NCBI GenBank assembly: GCA_965197745.1
Contig: CBDANS010000006.1
Location: 928,001-992,000, forward strand
DNA from: Opitutales bacterium
GTDB lineage: Bacteria > Verrucomicrobiota > Verrucomicrobiia > Opitutales > PNEW01
Direction of reading: 5' to 3'
DNA: 64,000 nt
Shown here: positions 19,737 to 30,553 of the stretch, in pieces
How positions within the stretch are numbered: the first letter of the stretch is position 1
Layout: each line of letters opens with the position of its first letter
Translations under genes and position numbers: made by a program
Notes under the pieces: model-generated
The model's input: only the letters and a program-made list of their open reading frames with translations
Told to the model about the DNA's origin: nothing
Databases searched by the model: none

Positions 19737-20933
19737 CTATCGGTGTTCGAGATCTGATATTTCGATATGAACATCAGGCCTTTTTAATAGCTCCTCACGT
19801 AAGGCTGTCCCGAGGCCTGGAGACCCCTCGAGCGAAAGCATACCATCAGAAATCGGAATTTCATCGGTCACAACCTCCTTATACCAACCATTGTAATAAG
19901 CCCTCACTGTCTCCATGATCATGGCGTTAGGAACATGCAGCATCATATGCGTTGCGGCCCAAAGCGCGACAGGTCCGACGCAATCATGACAGGTAACCGG
20001 CAGGTAATAAGTATCGGCTAAAGAACAGATTTTACGCGTCTCGGTTATCCCTCCAGTCCATACTAAATCCGGCATAATGATGTCCGCGGCATTTTTTTCC
20101 ACCACCTGTCGAAAGCCGTAGCGTGCGAATAATCTTTCACTGACACAAAGGGGGATATTCGTATCCGCCTTCAACCGCGCATATGCATCGGCATTATCAG
20201 GAAGAATAATTTCCTCCAGCCACATTAGATTATAGGGCTCTAAAGCATGCGCGATTTTAGTCGCGACGGTGAGGTCCCAGCGAGAGTGCCCCTCGACGGC
20301 GATCTCGATTTTATCGCCGACCGTTTTGCGAATATCCTCCACGTGCGAAATCCCCTTTAAAAGATCATCATTGCTGAGAAAATGCCCGGTTGGACCCACC
20401 CCTTCATTCGCATAGCGCGGCCCCTTCGGGTCCCTGATCATAACGCCAAATTGATCGAAAGGCCAGATTTTCATCGCTTTAATCCCGTTTTTTAAAAGAT
20501 CTTCAGCGAGTTCTCCGGTGTGACCATCACGCCAGAGATCATAATCACGGCAATCCTCATAACTGACGCAGGTATTATAAATTCCGATACGATCGCGGCT
20601 GCGGCCTCCCAGTAAATTATAAATAGGCTCCCCTGTATGTTGGCCAACGAGATCCCATAAGGCCACATCTACTGCGCTGATGGCACGCGATTCGGTGCCC
20701 GCGTAGCCAAAAAAATTAACCGTTGAAAACATATTGTTCCAGTGCTTTTCAATGTCGCAGGGATCTTTATCAAGCAGTAGATTGGCGAAGGCGTCATGGA
20801 TTACCGCGCTTACAGCACGCGGCAAGTAATAGGTTTCACCAAGTCCTATGAGCCCGTCATCGGTGTGTAACCTGACCCACATCGTATGCGGCTGCCCGTC
20901 GACCCAGATCGTTTCTATCTTAACAATTTTCAT
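19737..20933 (-). CDS. Mandelate racemase/enolase superfamily acid-sugar dehydratase
   Basis: GLGET, SAVDVALWD, KAMKIWPFD, WLEE, SERL, GGITE and PGLG motifs. Confidence 0.88.
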   Translation of the reverse strand: MKIVKIETIWVDGQPHTMWVRLHTDDGLIGLGETYYLPRAVSAVIHDAFANLLLDKDPCDIEKHWNNMFSTVNFFGYAGTESRAISAVDVALWDLVGQHTGEPIYNLLGGRSRDRIGIYNTCVSYEDCRDYDLWRDGHTGELAEDLLKNGIKAMKIWPFDQFGVMIRDPKGPRYANEGVGPTGHFLSNDDLLKGISHVEDIRKTVGDKIEIAVEGHSRWDLTVATKIAHALEPYNLMWLEEIILPDNADAYARLKADTNIPLCVSERLFARYGFRQVVEKNAADIIMPDLVWTGGITETRKICSLADTYYLPVTCHDCVGPVALWAATHMMLHVPNAMIMETVRAYYNGWYKEVVTDEIPISDGMLSLEGSPGLGTALREELLKRPDVHIEISDLEHR

Positions 20934-20962
20934 TTAAATTCTCCTCACCGGGATTCGGTATC

Positions 20963-22471
20963 TCAAGCTTGATCACTCTCCTGTTTTAATTCGCTTCTTC
21001 CCCAGATGGTAATCTCCAACGGCGCGAGGGGCGACCGAACAATCACACTCCCCAGATAACCGAGAACAAAACTGATGATAAAACAAAAGGGAAAGTAATA
21101 AATAAAATGGACCTCTGTTTCCTTCTGTATCCACAGGGTCGCCACGACGGCAACCACCGTTCCTACCAGCCAGCCTTTAAAATTCGCCCGCCGTGTCAGG
21201 ATGCCCAGGATGAAGAGCACGAGGATGGGAGCAGCAAAGAGCCCCAGAAATCCACTTGCGGCCTTCAGGATCTGTTCAATCGTTGAAACAAAGCAGGCCA
21301 CACCGATGGCAAATGCTCCGAGCGATAAAGTCAACGTCCGCGCCAGCTTGACATCGTGATGTTCGGACTCGGTTTTACCTCTTAGCGGTTTAATAAAATC
21401 ATTAACAATGACCGTAGAAAGAGAATTAATTCCCGAATCCATACTCGACATTGCCGCGGCAAAAATGGCGGTAACGAGAAGACCGGAAACGCCATTTGGC
21501 AAATTATGGATGATATAATAAGGGAGGACCTTATCCCCTTCAATCGTGGAGAGTATCTGTTCAGGGTTTACCTGATAATAAGCATACATACCAATTCCCA
21601 GAAAGAGGAGAAGGCTTACAATAAACAGATCGTTTAACGAATTTACTAGTGTAGCCTTAGCCATTCCTCCAAATGTTTTAGTCGCCATCAGCCTTTGTAC
21701 CGTAACCTGGTCGGTCCCATAATCCTGCAATACCTGTAAAAAATAGGATATGGCGACGGCAAGCGCACCCATTTCGTAAATATTGAGATTAAGATTGAAC
21801 ACATCCATGTGTCCATTCTCCCTGGCGATAGTCATGATCCCTGACAAACCGTCGGGAACATGCATAATCAAAGAAACAGCAACCCATATTGCTCCGCCTA
21901 CAAGGATGATAAACTGCAACGCATCAGTCCATAGGACTGCGGACAGCCCCCCTAATACGGTGTAGGATGTGGCGAGTATCCCCATCAGTAATATCGCAAA
22001 ATAGAGATTAATACCCGTCACTACCGACAGCGCCAGGGCGGGTGAATAGATCACTACCCCCAACCACCCCAGGCGCGCGAGGACAAATAGACCCGATGTC
22101 GCAAACCGCGCATTACGCCCATAACGCCGGTTAATATATTCATAAGAGGTGGTCACATTTAACCGACGATAGAAGGGATAAAAGAGAAAAATCATCACCG
22201 GTGCTCCTATCACGCTCATAATACCTACGATAATAAGGGAGATATTCTCCTTGTAGGCAGTTCCCGGAATTCCCATGTATGAAGTCGCGCTTGTAAGCGA
22301 GGCAAACATGCTCATCGCGACGATGAACCAGGGCATCTTACGTCCCGCGAGGAAGTAGTCCACTGTTGTTTTCTGCTTACCCGCAAGCCACAGTCCGATG
22401 CCAAATATGGCTGCCAGATAGATAATAAATATCGTATAATTTAAGGCGCCAAAATTGGGAATATCTTCCAT
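20963..22471 (-). CDS. Sodium:solute symporter (SSS family)
   Basis: DYFLAGRKMPW, GGLSAVLWTD, GTDQVTVQR and AAAMSS motifs; start moved to ATG 22471. Confidence 0.92.
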   Translation of the reverse strand: MEDIPNFGALNYTIFIIYLAAIFGIGLWLAGKQKTTVDYFLAGRKMPWFIVAMSMFASLTSATSYMGIPGTAYKENISLIIVGIMSVIGAPVMIFLFYPFYRRLNVTTSYEYINRRYGRNARFATSGLFVLARLGWLGVVIYSPALALSVVTGINLYFAILLMGILATSYTVLGGLSAVLWTDALQFIILVGGAIWVAVSLIMHVPDGLSGIMTIARENGHMDVFNLNLNIYEMGALAVAISYFLQVLQDYGTDQVTVQRLMATKTFGGMAKATLVNSLNDLFIVSLLLFLGIGMYAYYQVNPEQILSTIEGDKVLPYYIIHNLPNGVSGLLVTAIFAAAMSSMDSGINSLSTVIVNDFIKPLRGKTESEHHDVKLARTLTLSLGAFAIGVACFVSTIEQILKAASGFLGLFAAPILVLFILGILTRRANFKGWLVGTVVAVVATLWIQKETEVHFIYYFPFCFIISFVLGYLGSVIVRSPLAPLEITIWGRSELKQESDQA

Positions 22472-22749
22472 GCAGTTATCCAGCGGAAAACTGAATGCCA
22501 GTTCAATAAAAATATTCCGTCCAAACTGACGGTTTATTGAATACAACCATGTAACATGGATTTTGCGTCCTCTTCCCTGAGCACTCACCGAAGTCTCAGT
22601 TGAATGCTACCGAACCCTGCAACTGCAGGGTGAAAACTGATCGTAGCCGCTAAGAAACATGCGTATCTTCCTGTAACTAGAACACTGGAGAGCGTTTGAT
22701 TAAGGGTAAACCCCACCATTTAGAGACTGACGTTCGCAAGAGACATCCC

Positions 22750-22909
22750 CCTGGAATGCTTCGTCTCCCGCGGTTGCGGGATCCTCGCAATGACAAATTA
22801 ATAATCAGCAGTGTGTTCTAAATAACCTCTTACAGATACACTCTTATTGTCATTGCGAGGTTGCTTGTCAGCCGCGGCTACCGAGCGCAGCGACATCTTC
22901 CATTCCAGG
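22750..22909. repeat. REP family C (TGTCATTGCGAG) composite element
   Basis: cctggaatgcttcgtc...ctcgcaatgaca, spacer, then tgtcattgcgagg...cattccagg; arms, spacer and 23-bp insert resemble 52061-52228. Confidence 0.85.
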
Positions 22910-23057
22910 CGAACAACCATTGTGATTAAGAATACCAGTCTTCGCTCAGAACGATTTAAACTTTAAAATAGTGAAGCCCAGAAGGGGCTTTGCGATAGGG
23001 GTGCATTTCTTACCCTTAATATCTACGATTGGGGTTAGTAATTTATATAATTAACAA

Positions 23058-23190
23058 CACCCCCGGAGGGGGGTGTGACATACGTAGCCCATAGCGCAAG
23101 CTGTGGGTGATTTGAACGTTAAAATTGTGAAGCCCCGGTGGGGCGACACAACATATCTCACGACTGTACTTGTGTCGCCCCGCTGGGGCT
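23058..23190. repeat. REP family D (GCCCC..GGGGCGACA) cluster
   Basis: agccccggtggggcgacacaa (23131-23151) inverted with ttgtgtcgccccgctggggct (23170-23190); upstream gtagccccatagcgcaagctgtggg hairpin. Confidence 0.7.
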
Positions 23191-23293
23191 ATGGGATAAT
23201 TAACAATTTTGTATACGACTTCGTCTTAGTCCTCTCGTAACCCGCCGATGATACGCAGTAACGGCTGAAGCTCAATGTGCAAAGACAGTTGCA

Positions 23294-24832
23294 TCATGCA
23301 TCCTGGATCTTGGATCCTGGTTCATCCACACTCCATTCCATTTCCGGTTCGAGGGGATAAATGGGCCGGGGAATATGAACAAAATCATAGTTATTCATAT
23401 TGTAAGATGTCGCCCCGGGACAATCGGAACGAATAACCGCTTTAGCCACATGCCCGTAGGTGGGGATAAAACCAACTCCTGTTTTCAAGGCTACAATCTT
23501 TGCTTCAAAGGGTTCGATTCCCACCTTTCGAAATATAGAAGGTTGCGGTCCGATGATAATGCGTTCCGTTAGGACCAGGCGGATGTTATCAATACCCAGG
23601 CAAACGGTTTTTCCCGCATCGACCGTCGGTGTGGGGGTGAATTTTCCCACATCTTCAATAATCCCATCGGTCACGCATAATACCTCACCCGTCACGGATA
23701 AAGGTTCACTGAACCGGGTGTCACGTTTCCCTCCAACTTCAAGGGTAACCGTTGAACCGATGTCATCTTCATTGATCTTTTCCACGGCATCACGATCGGG
23801 CAAATGAGAAAGGATCAACCCCTTCACATTATGGCGTTGTTCAACTAACGAATTGAGCAGCGCGGTGGTGTCCCCGGGTGCGCCCCCTCCAATGGTGTCC
23901 GCTGAATCGGTTATGAGAACGGGACTCCCCTCAGCCTGAGACGCGGCCTGGACAGCATCATCGGAGGGTAGCATGGCATCCGGCAGTACCCCCTCACGTG
24001 ATTCCCAAACCCGGGTGGCATGATCTCTGACAATCTCGGTGGCCAGGGTTTTATCATTGTCGGTCACGGCAACCGTGGCCCACCCAAACTCGGGAACATC
24101 CTGCCAACCAAAGCTGACACATAAAGAACAGGTAATCACCCCGGGTTTAGCTTCATATACCGTCAGTTGATCGAATAATTCCTTAAGCGTTCCTGAATTA
24201 GTGCCATCATCAGGGGGTGGAATGATGATGGGAATTTTTTTCATTTCCATCACCGGTTTGATTTCACCGGCCAGGATGCGAAGTAAGATATTCGCGCCAC
24301 GCTCTCCCGTCTCGACTACATCGATATGGGGATGGGTTCGATAGGCAACGATTACATCGGTAAGATCCACCATCCTTTGCGTTAATATGGCATGATGATC
24401 GAGGGTGCAGACCAGGGGAATATCATCACCTAGGACCTCGCGAACAATGCCCAGAAAATAACCCTCCAGATCGAAAATCTCTTTTGACGCCATGGCCCCA
24501 TGCATGGCAAATAAGAACCCGTCGAGATCTCCGGTTTCGCGAAGCATCCGGCGTAAATTTTCCTCGAGATAAGAGACAACTTCCGCAGTGACATTGCCTC
24601 CGGCAAAACCTGAGGCACTTATCAATGGAACAATTTCAATAGCCTCTTCTGACGATCCCAGGATTTTCAGGAACCCGGTGATTTCATCGCTACGCTCTGT
24701 CTGGTGAAGCAGTTCATCACCAAGAAGAATGCCCCCGACTGTATTCTGAAATTGTTCCAGTCCGGCTTCGAGCAGTGTAAATGTGTTTGCTTCATGTTCA
24801 AATCGACATATCGCAATGCGCTTTTTGGTCAT
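23294..24832 (-). CDS. M81 family metallopeptidase (MlrC-like)
   Basis: HEANTF, MHGAM, LDHHA, YRTHPHID and DSADTIGGGAPGD motifs. Confidence 0.9.
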   Translation of the reverse strand: MTKKRIAICRFEHEANTFTLLEAGLEQFQNTVGGILLGDELLHQTERSDEITGFLKILGSSEEAIEIVPLISASGFAGGNVTAEVVSYLEENLRRMLRETGDLDGFLFAMHGAMASKEIFDLEGYFLGIVREVLGDDIPLVCTLDHHAILTQRMVDLTDVIVAYRTHPHIDVVETGERGANILLRILAGEIKPVMEMKKIPIIIPPPDDGTNSGTLKELFDQLTVYEAKPGVITCSLCVSFGWQDVPEFGWATVAVTDNDKTLATEIVRDHATRVWESREGVLPDAMLPSDDAVQAASQAEGSPVLITDSADTIGGGAPGDTTALLNSLVEQRHNVKGLILSHLPDRDAVEKINEDDIGSTVTLEVGGKRDTRFSEPLSVTGEVLCVTDGIIEDVGKFTPTPTVDAGKTVCLGIDNIRLVLTERIIIGPQPSIFRKVGIEPFEAKIVALKTGVGFIPTYGHVAKAVIRSDCPGATSYNMNNYDFVHIPRPIYPLEPEMEWSVDEPGSKIQDA

Positions 24833-24863
24833 CTCTGAATTTATTTAAGGGGTCATGAATAAA

Positions 24864-27653
24864 TTACATTACCTTGATGTTAACCCGGTCGAGCATCGGG
24901 AAGCGGTCGCCGTTGTCGGATATGAATATCGCTTTATATTGAAAGTAACGATCCGTCTCCTTAAGCTTGAATTCTCCGGATTCTGCCGACTGCCAGGGGC
25001 TTTCTTTCAATTTATCTTTTTCCGCTCCCGAGCGAATCACAAATTTTAACTGGGTCCCCTCCGGTATATCTGCAGCGTAACTCAGTAGGCCCTTCGTCGC
25101 ATTTTCTTCATAACTGAAGATTGAAGATTTATAGATCTGCCGCCAGGATCGGTCATAAATATGTCCCATGTCAGAGTTATACATCCAATGCGGGCCATGC
25201 GTCGGAACAGTATCAATATGCGGGTTTGCAAATCGATTGCCGTCATTTAAAAAAATTTTCGAGACCGTATTGTGGTTGCCGTCCACGGTGTGATTCGCAA
25301 CTGCGAGGTCGAGCAGTCCGTCTTTATTAAAATCGGCGGCTAAGCCATCAGAACCCGAATCGTTAAAGAGATAGCTTCGCCCTCGCTTGCTGTACCCTTC
25401 CGCGCTTCCCCAGAATAGATAACACGGCTGTTCTTCACGTGAGATATCTCCATGATAAAAAGGGAAAAACAGGTCGAGAAATCCATCACTGTCCCAGTCG
25501 GCGATTACCGGGCCGAGGGGAGTAAACCCCGGAAGCCATTGGCTGTTCCATTGCTTGAATCCATCCTGACCACCCCAAAAAATAAGTGATCCAACGTCAT
25601 TATGGATATTTACAAAGTCCCGGTAACAGCAGGCAACGATATCCAGCCAGCCATCGTTATTGAGGTCAGCCGTTTCCAGATCTACCACCGCGGGGGCATC
25701 TATTTTTATCGAACGGTTGACATCAAACCCGTCTACACTCCCATAAAATACTCTTACTCCTCCATCTTGATATGAATTGGCTGCAATATCGAGCCAACCA
25801 TCCTTGTCGTAGTCAGCCAGTTGAATGGAGAGTGAACGATAGTTACAGGGAATGGTTACACGGCGGCTGCGATCAAATCCTTCTTTTGCCCCATAATATA
25901 TAATGACATTAGATTCTGGATTTTCATAACCTGCGGTAAACTGCCCCAATACCAAATCGAGATACCCGTCTTTATTTATATCAGCGACCGTGCTCGATGC
26001 TAAATAAGACTCCGTCAGTACCGTTCTCCCCTCAAGCTCGATGCCTTCAGCGTTACCCCAGAAAATACTAACCCCTGCCCATGGATCTTCACTAACCCCT
26101 CCGCCGGCATGCAGTTCATCCAACAATAACAAGTCAAGGTGCCCATCGGCATTTAAATCAGCGGCTGACGCTTCGTACCCGCTTCGCAACGGTATTTTTA
26201 AAAGGCGCTCGGTGCTGAACCCGTGCGGACCACCCCAATAGAGGAATGCTGGCACTTCTTCTTTTACCGATCCACCAACACTGTTGCTGAAGATAAGGGA
26301 TGCTGGTTTCCCCACAGCTGGAGAAACACTTAAAACGCTGAAGGTCCCTTCCGTCGTTATTTTATTTTTCCCTATTTCAAATTCCCTGTTCCCTTTGCCG
26401 AAGTAAATTATCGACTCGGTCAGATAGTCCGATTTGCCCTGGTGGATAGCTACCGCAATATCGGGTATGCCGTCATTATCGAAATCACCGATCGCCGAGG
26501 TTTTCTGTTTTGGTGCATCGAGGCTGGTTGAACGGGAAGCGGAGAAACCTTTTTTATCTCCCCAAAGTATATTTATAATATCAACCGATTCCTTCGCGGC
26601 TCCTGCATCTTCACCGCCACCGGCAAATCGCAGTTTAAAATAGGAAAGGACCAGGTCATTGTAATTATCATTGTCTAAATCATCAACGACTACCTGCGAC
26701 GCACTAAATCCCGCAACTACAATGGGTGCTTTCCAAGCGCGCCCGCGCTTGCCATGAACGATAAATATACGATCTCTGCCGCTGCCAATTATCAGATCCG
26801 GCAGTTCATCATTATTGCAGTCTGCAACGTTTATGCTTTGGTGAATACTCCCCGGTATCGTTATTTTGGAAGACCTGGAATTGACTTCATTTTCATTCGT
26901 GGCCGTCGACCAGAAAATTTCAATGGCATTATCTGATCTGAGGAACGCTACATCATCAGCGCCGTCCGCATCAAAATCTCCGGAAGCCAGGGCAATGGCA
27001 TTCTCTACGCCCACGTCCTGATACCGGGTGAGGATATAACCTCTATCACCACCCCAAAAAACACGCATAATGTTGCCTTCGGGTTGTCCGTGCAGCCAGC
27101 CTTTATCGTTCAGCGTAACGATATCCACCCAACTGTCATCATTGAGATCGGCGAGCGCAATGGATTCAACACCATGTACCGGTAACAACCCATTACTGCG
27201 GGAAGCAGGCCACCCATCCTCACCGCCATAGATAATCGAGACGAAGCGACGGGGGTACTGCAGGCCACTTCTACTCGGACAAAAAACCAGGTCCGGCCAC
27301 CCATCCTTGTTGAGGTCAGCCGATTCAACCTGCTTGCTTCCGTCCACCTCAAGCTGTGACATGGTTACATCTCGCTCTGAAGAAATCACCGCGAGGGTGG
27401 GTTGAATAATATTTTTCCGATCGTGCGTGTGCGGGAAAAGCAAATCGATCCACCCGTCATTATTTAAATCAAAGCGATTTATGGTGCGAATCTTTCCATC
27501 ATAGCTGACATAAATGTTATTGCCCGAGGCATCCAGTGTCCCGTCAACAAAATCCTCGAAGGTATCCTCCATCCACGATTGGCCGAAAGCGTTGATAACC
27601 GCACATGATAAGATCAGTCCCGGTAGTAATAGTAACGTTGTAATACGTTTCAT
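24864..27653 (-). CDS. Secreted FG-GAP/VCBS repeat (beta-propeller) protein
   Basis: Signal peptide (MKRITTLLLLPGLILSCAVINAFG) and more than 10 ADLNxDGxxDL repeats followed by I(F/Y)WG; start moved to ATG 27653. Confidence 0.88.
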   Translation of the reverse strand: MKRITTLLLLPGLILSCAVINAFGQSWMEDTFEDFVDGTLDASGNNIYVSYDGKIRTINRFDLNNDGWIDLLFPHTHDRKNIIQPTLAVISSERDVTMSQLEVDGSKQVESADLNKDGWPDLVFCPSRSGLQYPRRFVSIIYGGEDGWPASRSNGLLPVHGVESIALADLNDDSWVDIVTLNDKGWLHGQPEGNIMRVFWGGDRGYILTRYQDVGVENAIALASGDFDADGADDVAFLRSDNAIEIFWSTATNENEVNSRSSKITIPGSIHQSINVADCNNDELPDLIIGSGRDRIFIVHGKRGRAWKAPIVVAGFSASQVVVDDLDNDNYNDLVLSYFKLRFAGGGEDAGAAKESVDIINILWGDKKGFSASRSTSLDAPKQKTSAIGDFDNDGIPDIAVAIHQGKSDYLTESIIYFGKGNREFEIGKNKITTEGTFSVLSVSPAVGKPASLIFSNSVGGSVKEEVPAFLYWGGPHGFSTERLLKIPLRSGYEASAADLNADGHLDLLLLDELHAGGGVSEDPWAGVSIFWGNAEGIELEGRTVLTESYLASSTVADINKDGYLDLVLGQFTAGYENPESNVIIYYGAKEGFDRSRRVTIPCNYRSLSIQLADYDKDGWLDIAANSYQDGGVRVFYGSVDGFDVNRSIKIDAPAVVDLETADLNNDGWLDIVACCYRDFVNIHNDVGSLIFWGGQDGFKQWNSQWLPGFTPLGPVIADWDSDGFLDLFFPFYHGDISREEQPCYLFWGSAEGYSKRGRSYLFNDSGSDGLAADFNKDGLLDLAVANHTVDGNHNTVSKIFLNDGNRFANPHIDTVPTHGPHWMYNSDMGHIYDRSWRQIYKSSIFSYEENATKGLLSYAADIPEGTQLKFVIRSGAEKDKLKESPWQSAESGEFKLKETDRYFQYKAIFISDNGDRFPMLDRVNIKVM

Positions 27654-27791
27654 TGATTTAATATTTCTTATGATTAAAAAATTTTCCAATTTCATGTTTA
27701 TCCTCATATAAATGATTTCATCAGTATATACGGTTTTAACCTGTCACTATGGTTCAAAAGAACTTTTTTTAGGCAACCCTGTTCTTAAACA

Positions 27792-29510
27792 TTATGTTGG
27801 GTACCCCGTTTCCTCCCAGTATTTTTCAACCCAGGGATCTCTCAGATCTTTTCTCAGTTGCTCGGCAAAGGTCTTAAGTGAAGCCGGTTCAACCGTTGAA
27901 AACACCTGTTCCGGGTTTTCATCTAAAGGATCGGGAACGATTATTCCCCGTAAATCGCGACAGGTATTAAGCGCTGTATCAATTTTTTCCTCGGACAATA
28001 CCCCGAGTTTCCAGTCCATATAAAGATCAAATCCATAACGAAAGATGATCGTGTCATCGCGGTTCCCTTCCAGTCCGGATAATACCTGCTTAAATTGATG
28101 ATCCTCTATCTTTCCCTCCAATTTTCTCCACAACCCTATAGCTTCCTCCATCAAGTTAATCGCTCCCTCTTTCTGGACCATGGCTTCAGCTTTTAATTCA
28201 GCTGTGATCGGCAACTGGTTGAAGACCATCCGTGTTTTTGGATCAGCCCTGATGGCTGCCGCGTTTTTAGGTTCATACATATCGAGGGGTAGTGTCAGCC
28301 CCATCATACCACGCATACGCTTATGTTGACGATAAGGGCCGCAAAGTCGGGAATCCAGATATTCCAGGTTGGAAAACCGGCTGTGACAGGCTGTCCATAA
28401 TGCGTCAAATTCGAACATCCCCCTCGCGGCTTCCGTCACTTTATTCAGAACCTCAATAACAACCGGCGCTGAATCATTACCGAACATCTCTTCTGCCCAG
28501 CTCAGTTTAATGGATTCAGGGTCAGCTTGGGGTTCTCGCATCAAGCGCGCAAAAGCATACCAATTAACCCGATTAAGGGGATGGTCCCAAACATCCGGTT
28601 GAGGAACAGCCATCAGCCAGATGCCCTGCTGGCCAGTCTTTACCATCGCTTTAACCGTCTCACTCCATTCATCGACAATACACCAGGGAAAATCATGCGA
28701 ACCTCGATATTCACCTGCCTGTTGAAAACAGGTGTGATAGGGAGAATTTCCTTTGGCATCGACCATGATCGTGTCAAAAAGAGGATGCAGTGGCCATCGT
28801 GAGTGAAAGTCCCAGTAATTACGCTTAAATAAGATAAAGGTGTTGTCGGGGATTTCCCCCGTCAAATTGTTGTAATAATACACTTCATGACGTTGCCCCC
28901 AGGGATCGTCCTGGCATGTCTCCCAGAATAATGTTTTCCCGCGTGATTCAAGTAAGCCTGCAATATAACGTATGGCTTCGAGCGTGCGTTCACGCCCGTT
29001 TTTACTTTTGCTTTGCGGACACTCGCCTAACCAGGGCGCGCCAAAAGTATATTCAAACTCTCCGGCACTGAATCGATGACCGGCCAGATCGGGGATCAAC
29101 TCATAATCGCGCTCAATTCTATTTTCCCAGAAAGTTCGTACTTCATCGTTGTAGGGACACAGTTTATCTGCGGGGAGTGGGGGGCCGTGCGCTTCGAATA
29201 CAGGCCAGACATATTCCACTACTGTTTCACACCATTCGCGGCGTATAAACATGCCTATCCCTTTCTCCTTCAGGTAAGTCGCAAAATTGCGCATCGTTTC
29301 AGGTTTATACTCAGGATTTCCTAAAACAACCATCGCATTGAAACCCCAGTCGCACACTTGATCAACGTACCGCCCCAACGGTGTGGACGGGTCCGGTTCG
29401 GTCATCTCCTCCCAATTAAAGAGATTGCCCGAATGGGTAAAGACGGTGACCCCATGCGGCGATTGCCATGTCTCGATTACCCGCCACTTAAATGCATAGT
29501 CCTCGTCCAT
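27792..29510 (-). CDS. Divergent GH67 (alpha-glucuronidase)-like glycoside hydrolase
   Basis: LCPYNDEVRTFW..IPDLAG, WDFHSRWPLHPLF, FQQAGEYRG and DHPLNRVNWYAFARL align by eye with GH67 middle/C-terminal motifs. Confidence 0.6.
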   Translation of the reverse strand: MDEDYAFKWRVIETWQSPHGVTVFTHSGNLFNWEEMTEPDPSTPLGRYVDQVCDWGFNAMVVLGNPEYKPETMRNFATYLKEKGIGMFIRREWCETVVEYVWPVFEAHGPPLPADKLCPYNDEVRTFWENRIERDYELIPDLAGHRFSAGEFEYTFGAPWLGECPQSKSKNGRERTLEAIRYIAGLLESRGKTLFWETCQDDPWGQRHEVYYYNNLTGEIPDNTFILFKRNYWDFHSRWPLHPLFDTIMVDAKGNSPYHTCFQQAGEYRGSHDFPWCIVDEWSETVKAMVKTGQQGIWLMAVPQPDVWDHPLNRVNWYAFARLMREPQADPESIKLSWAEEMFGNDSAPVVIEVLNKVTEAARGMFEFDALWTACHSRFSNLEYLDSRLCGPYRQHKRMRGMMGLTLPLDMYEPKNAAAIRADPKTRMVFNQLPITAELKAEAMVQKEGAINLMEEAIGLWRKLEGKIEDHQFKQVLSGLEGNRDDTIIFRYGFDLYMDWKLGVLSEEKIDTALNTCRDLRGIIVPDPLDENPEQVFSTVEPASLKTFAEQLRKDLRDPWVEKYWEETGYPT

Positions 29511-29581
29511 TATCGTGTTGGTATTTACGTCAATACCGCAGTTTCTTAGTTTGTAAAAAGACGTTATCCAATACCTTACCT

Positions 29582-30550
29582 TTACAAGGGCCGTCCGGGT
29601 AAAGTTTGCGCGCCGTGTTTTTTATCCCAGTTGTCCTGTGCTGTCTGCAATACACGCATCGTGGGCAATACCGACTCTCCGGTGACCGCGGGTGGGCGGC
29701 TCTCTTTTACGGCTTGAACAAAATCCCGGGAGACAAGCGCACAGTTATCCGCTTCCAGGTCCATCGCTTGTTCACCATCACCCGTGGTAAGCTTATTTCG
29801 AGAGTAGTCTATTCGATATGAATTGCGATCGGTAACAACCAGGACATCCCACATATTCTCTCGGCTGTAATAGGATCCGGTACAAACCAGCGACTGGTCT
29901 TTTTCGGTTTCAATTCCGAGAAAAACATCCATCGGTATCCCGGTATGGGGATCCGGCAGGGGCATGAAACTGTGTACCTCGCGTACCGGATTGTTCAGTA
30001 ACCATAAACCCAAATCCAGGGAGTGGGTAATGTGATGCCATAAAAGGTTATCAGTCCAACTTCGGCGGTACCCGGTTCCCCCCACATTTTCCAAACGGTG
30101 AATATAAAATCGCGTGATTACCTGCCTTATATTTTCATCGCCAGCTAATGTTCTATTCCGCAGGGCAATAGTCTCCGCTCTAAAGCGCAGAGGGTGCACA
30201 ACACCCAAAGCTAATCCGCTCTTCCTGCCGGCATCAACGACGCGTTCCGCGTCATTCAGATTCATCGCGATCGGAATTTCAACAAGAGTGTGCTTACCCG
30301 CGGCCAGTGACGCCAGCGCGTCTTTCACGTGTAATTCACTGGGCGTTGCAAGAATTACAATATCGATGTCCTTGTCAACGAGCGCCTCGGAAAGATCCAC
30401 CGTCCACTTGCGGTAGGCGTATCGCTCGGCGAATGCCTGGGTCGGTTCGGGACGTCTCCCGACAATCGTGTGGAGACAACAATCGCTGTCTTTCAGGGCG
30501 TCGGAGTGCCACACCCCCATCATCCCGTGGCCGACCATGCAGATATTCAT
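29582..30550 (-). CDS. Gfo/Idh/MocA oxidoreductase, LigC-like
   Basis: GKHTLVEIP and RSWTDNLLWHH..H motifs typical of the LigC subgroup. Confidence 0.8.
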   Translation of the reverse strand: MNICMVGHGMMGVWHSDALKDSDCCLHTIVGRRPEPTQAFAERYAYRKWTVDLSEALVDKDIDIVILATPSELHVKDALASLAAGKHTLVEIPIAMNLNDAERVVDAGRKSGLALGVVHPLRFRAETIALRNRTLAGDENIRQVITRFYIHRLENVGGTGYRRSWTDNLLWHHITHSLDLGLWLLNNPVREVHSFMPLPDPHTGIPMDVFLGIETEKDQSLVCTGSYYSRENMWDVLVVTDRNSYRIDYSRNKLTTGDGEQAMDLEADNCALVSRDFVQAVKESRPPAVTGESVLPTMRVLQTAQDNWDKKHGAQTLPGRPL

Positions 30551-30553
30551 AGT

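Noticed and set aside
22472..22745. Possible riboswitch or ncRNA upstream of the SSS transporter
   Set aside because: Only a short ccctgca/tgcaggg hairpin; no recognisable aptamer consensus. A covariance-model search would be needed.
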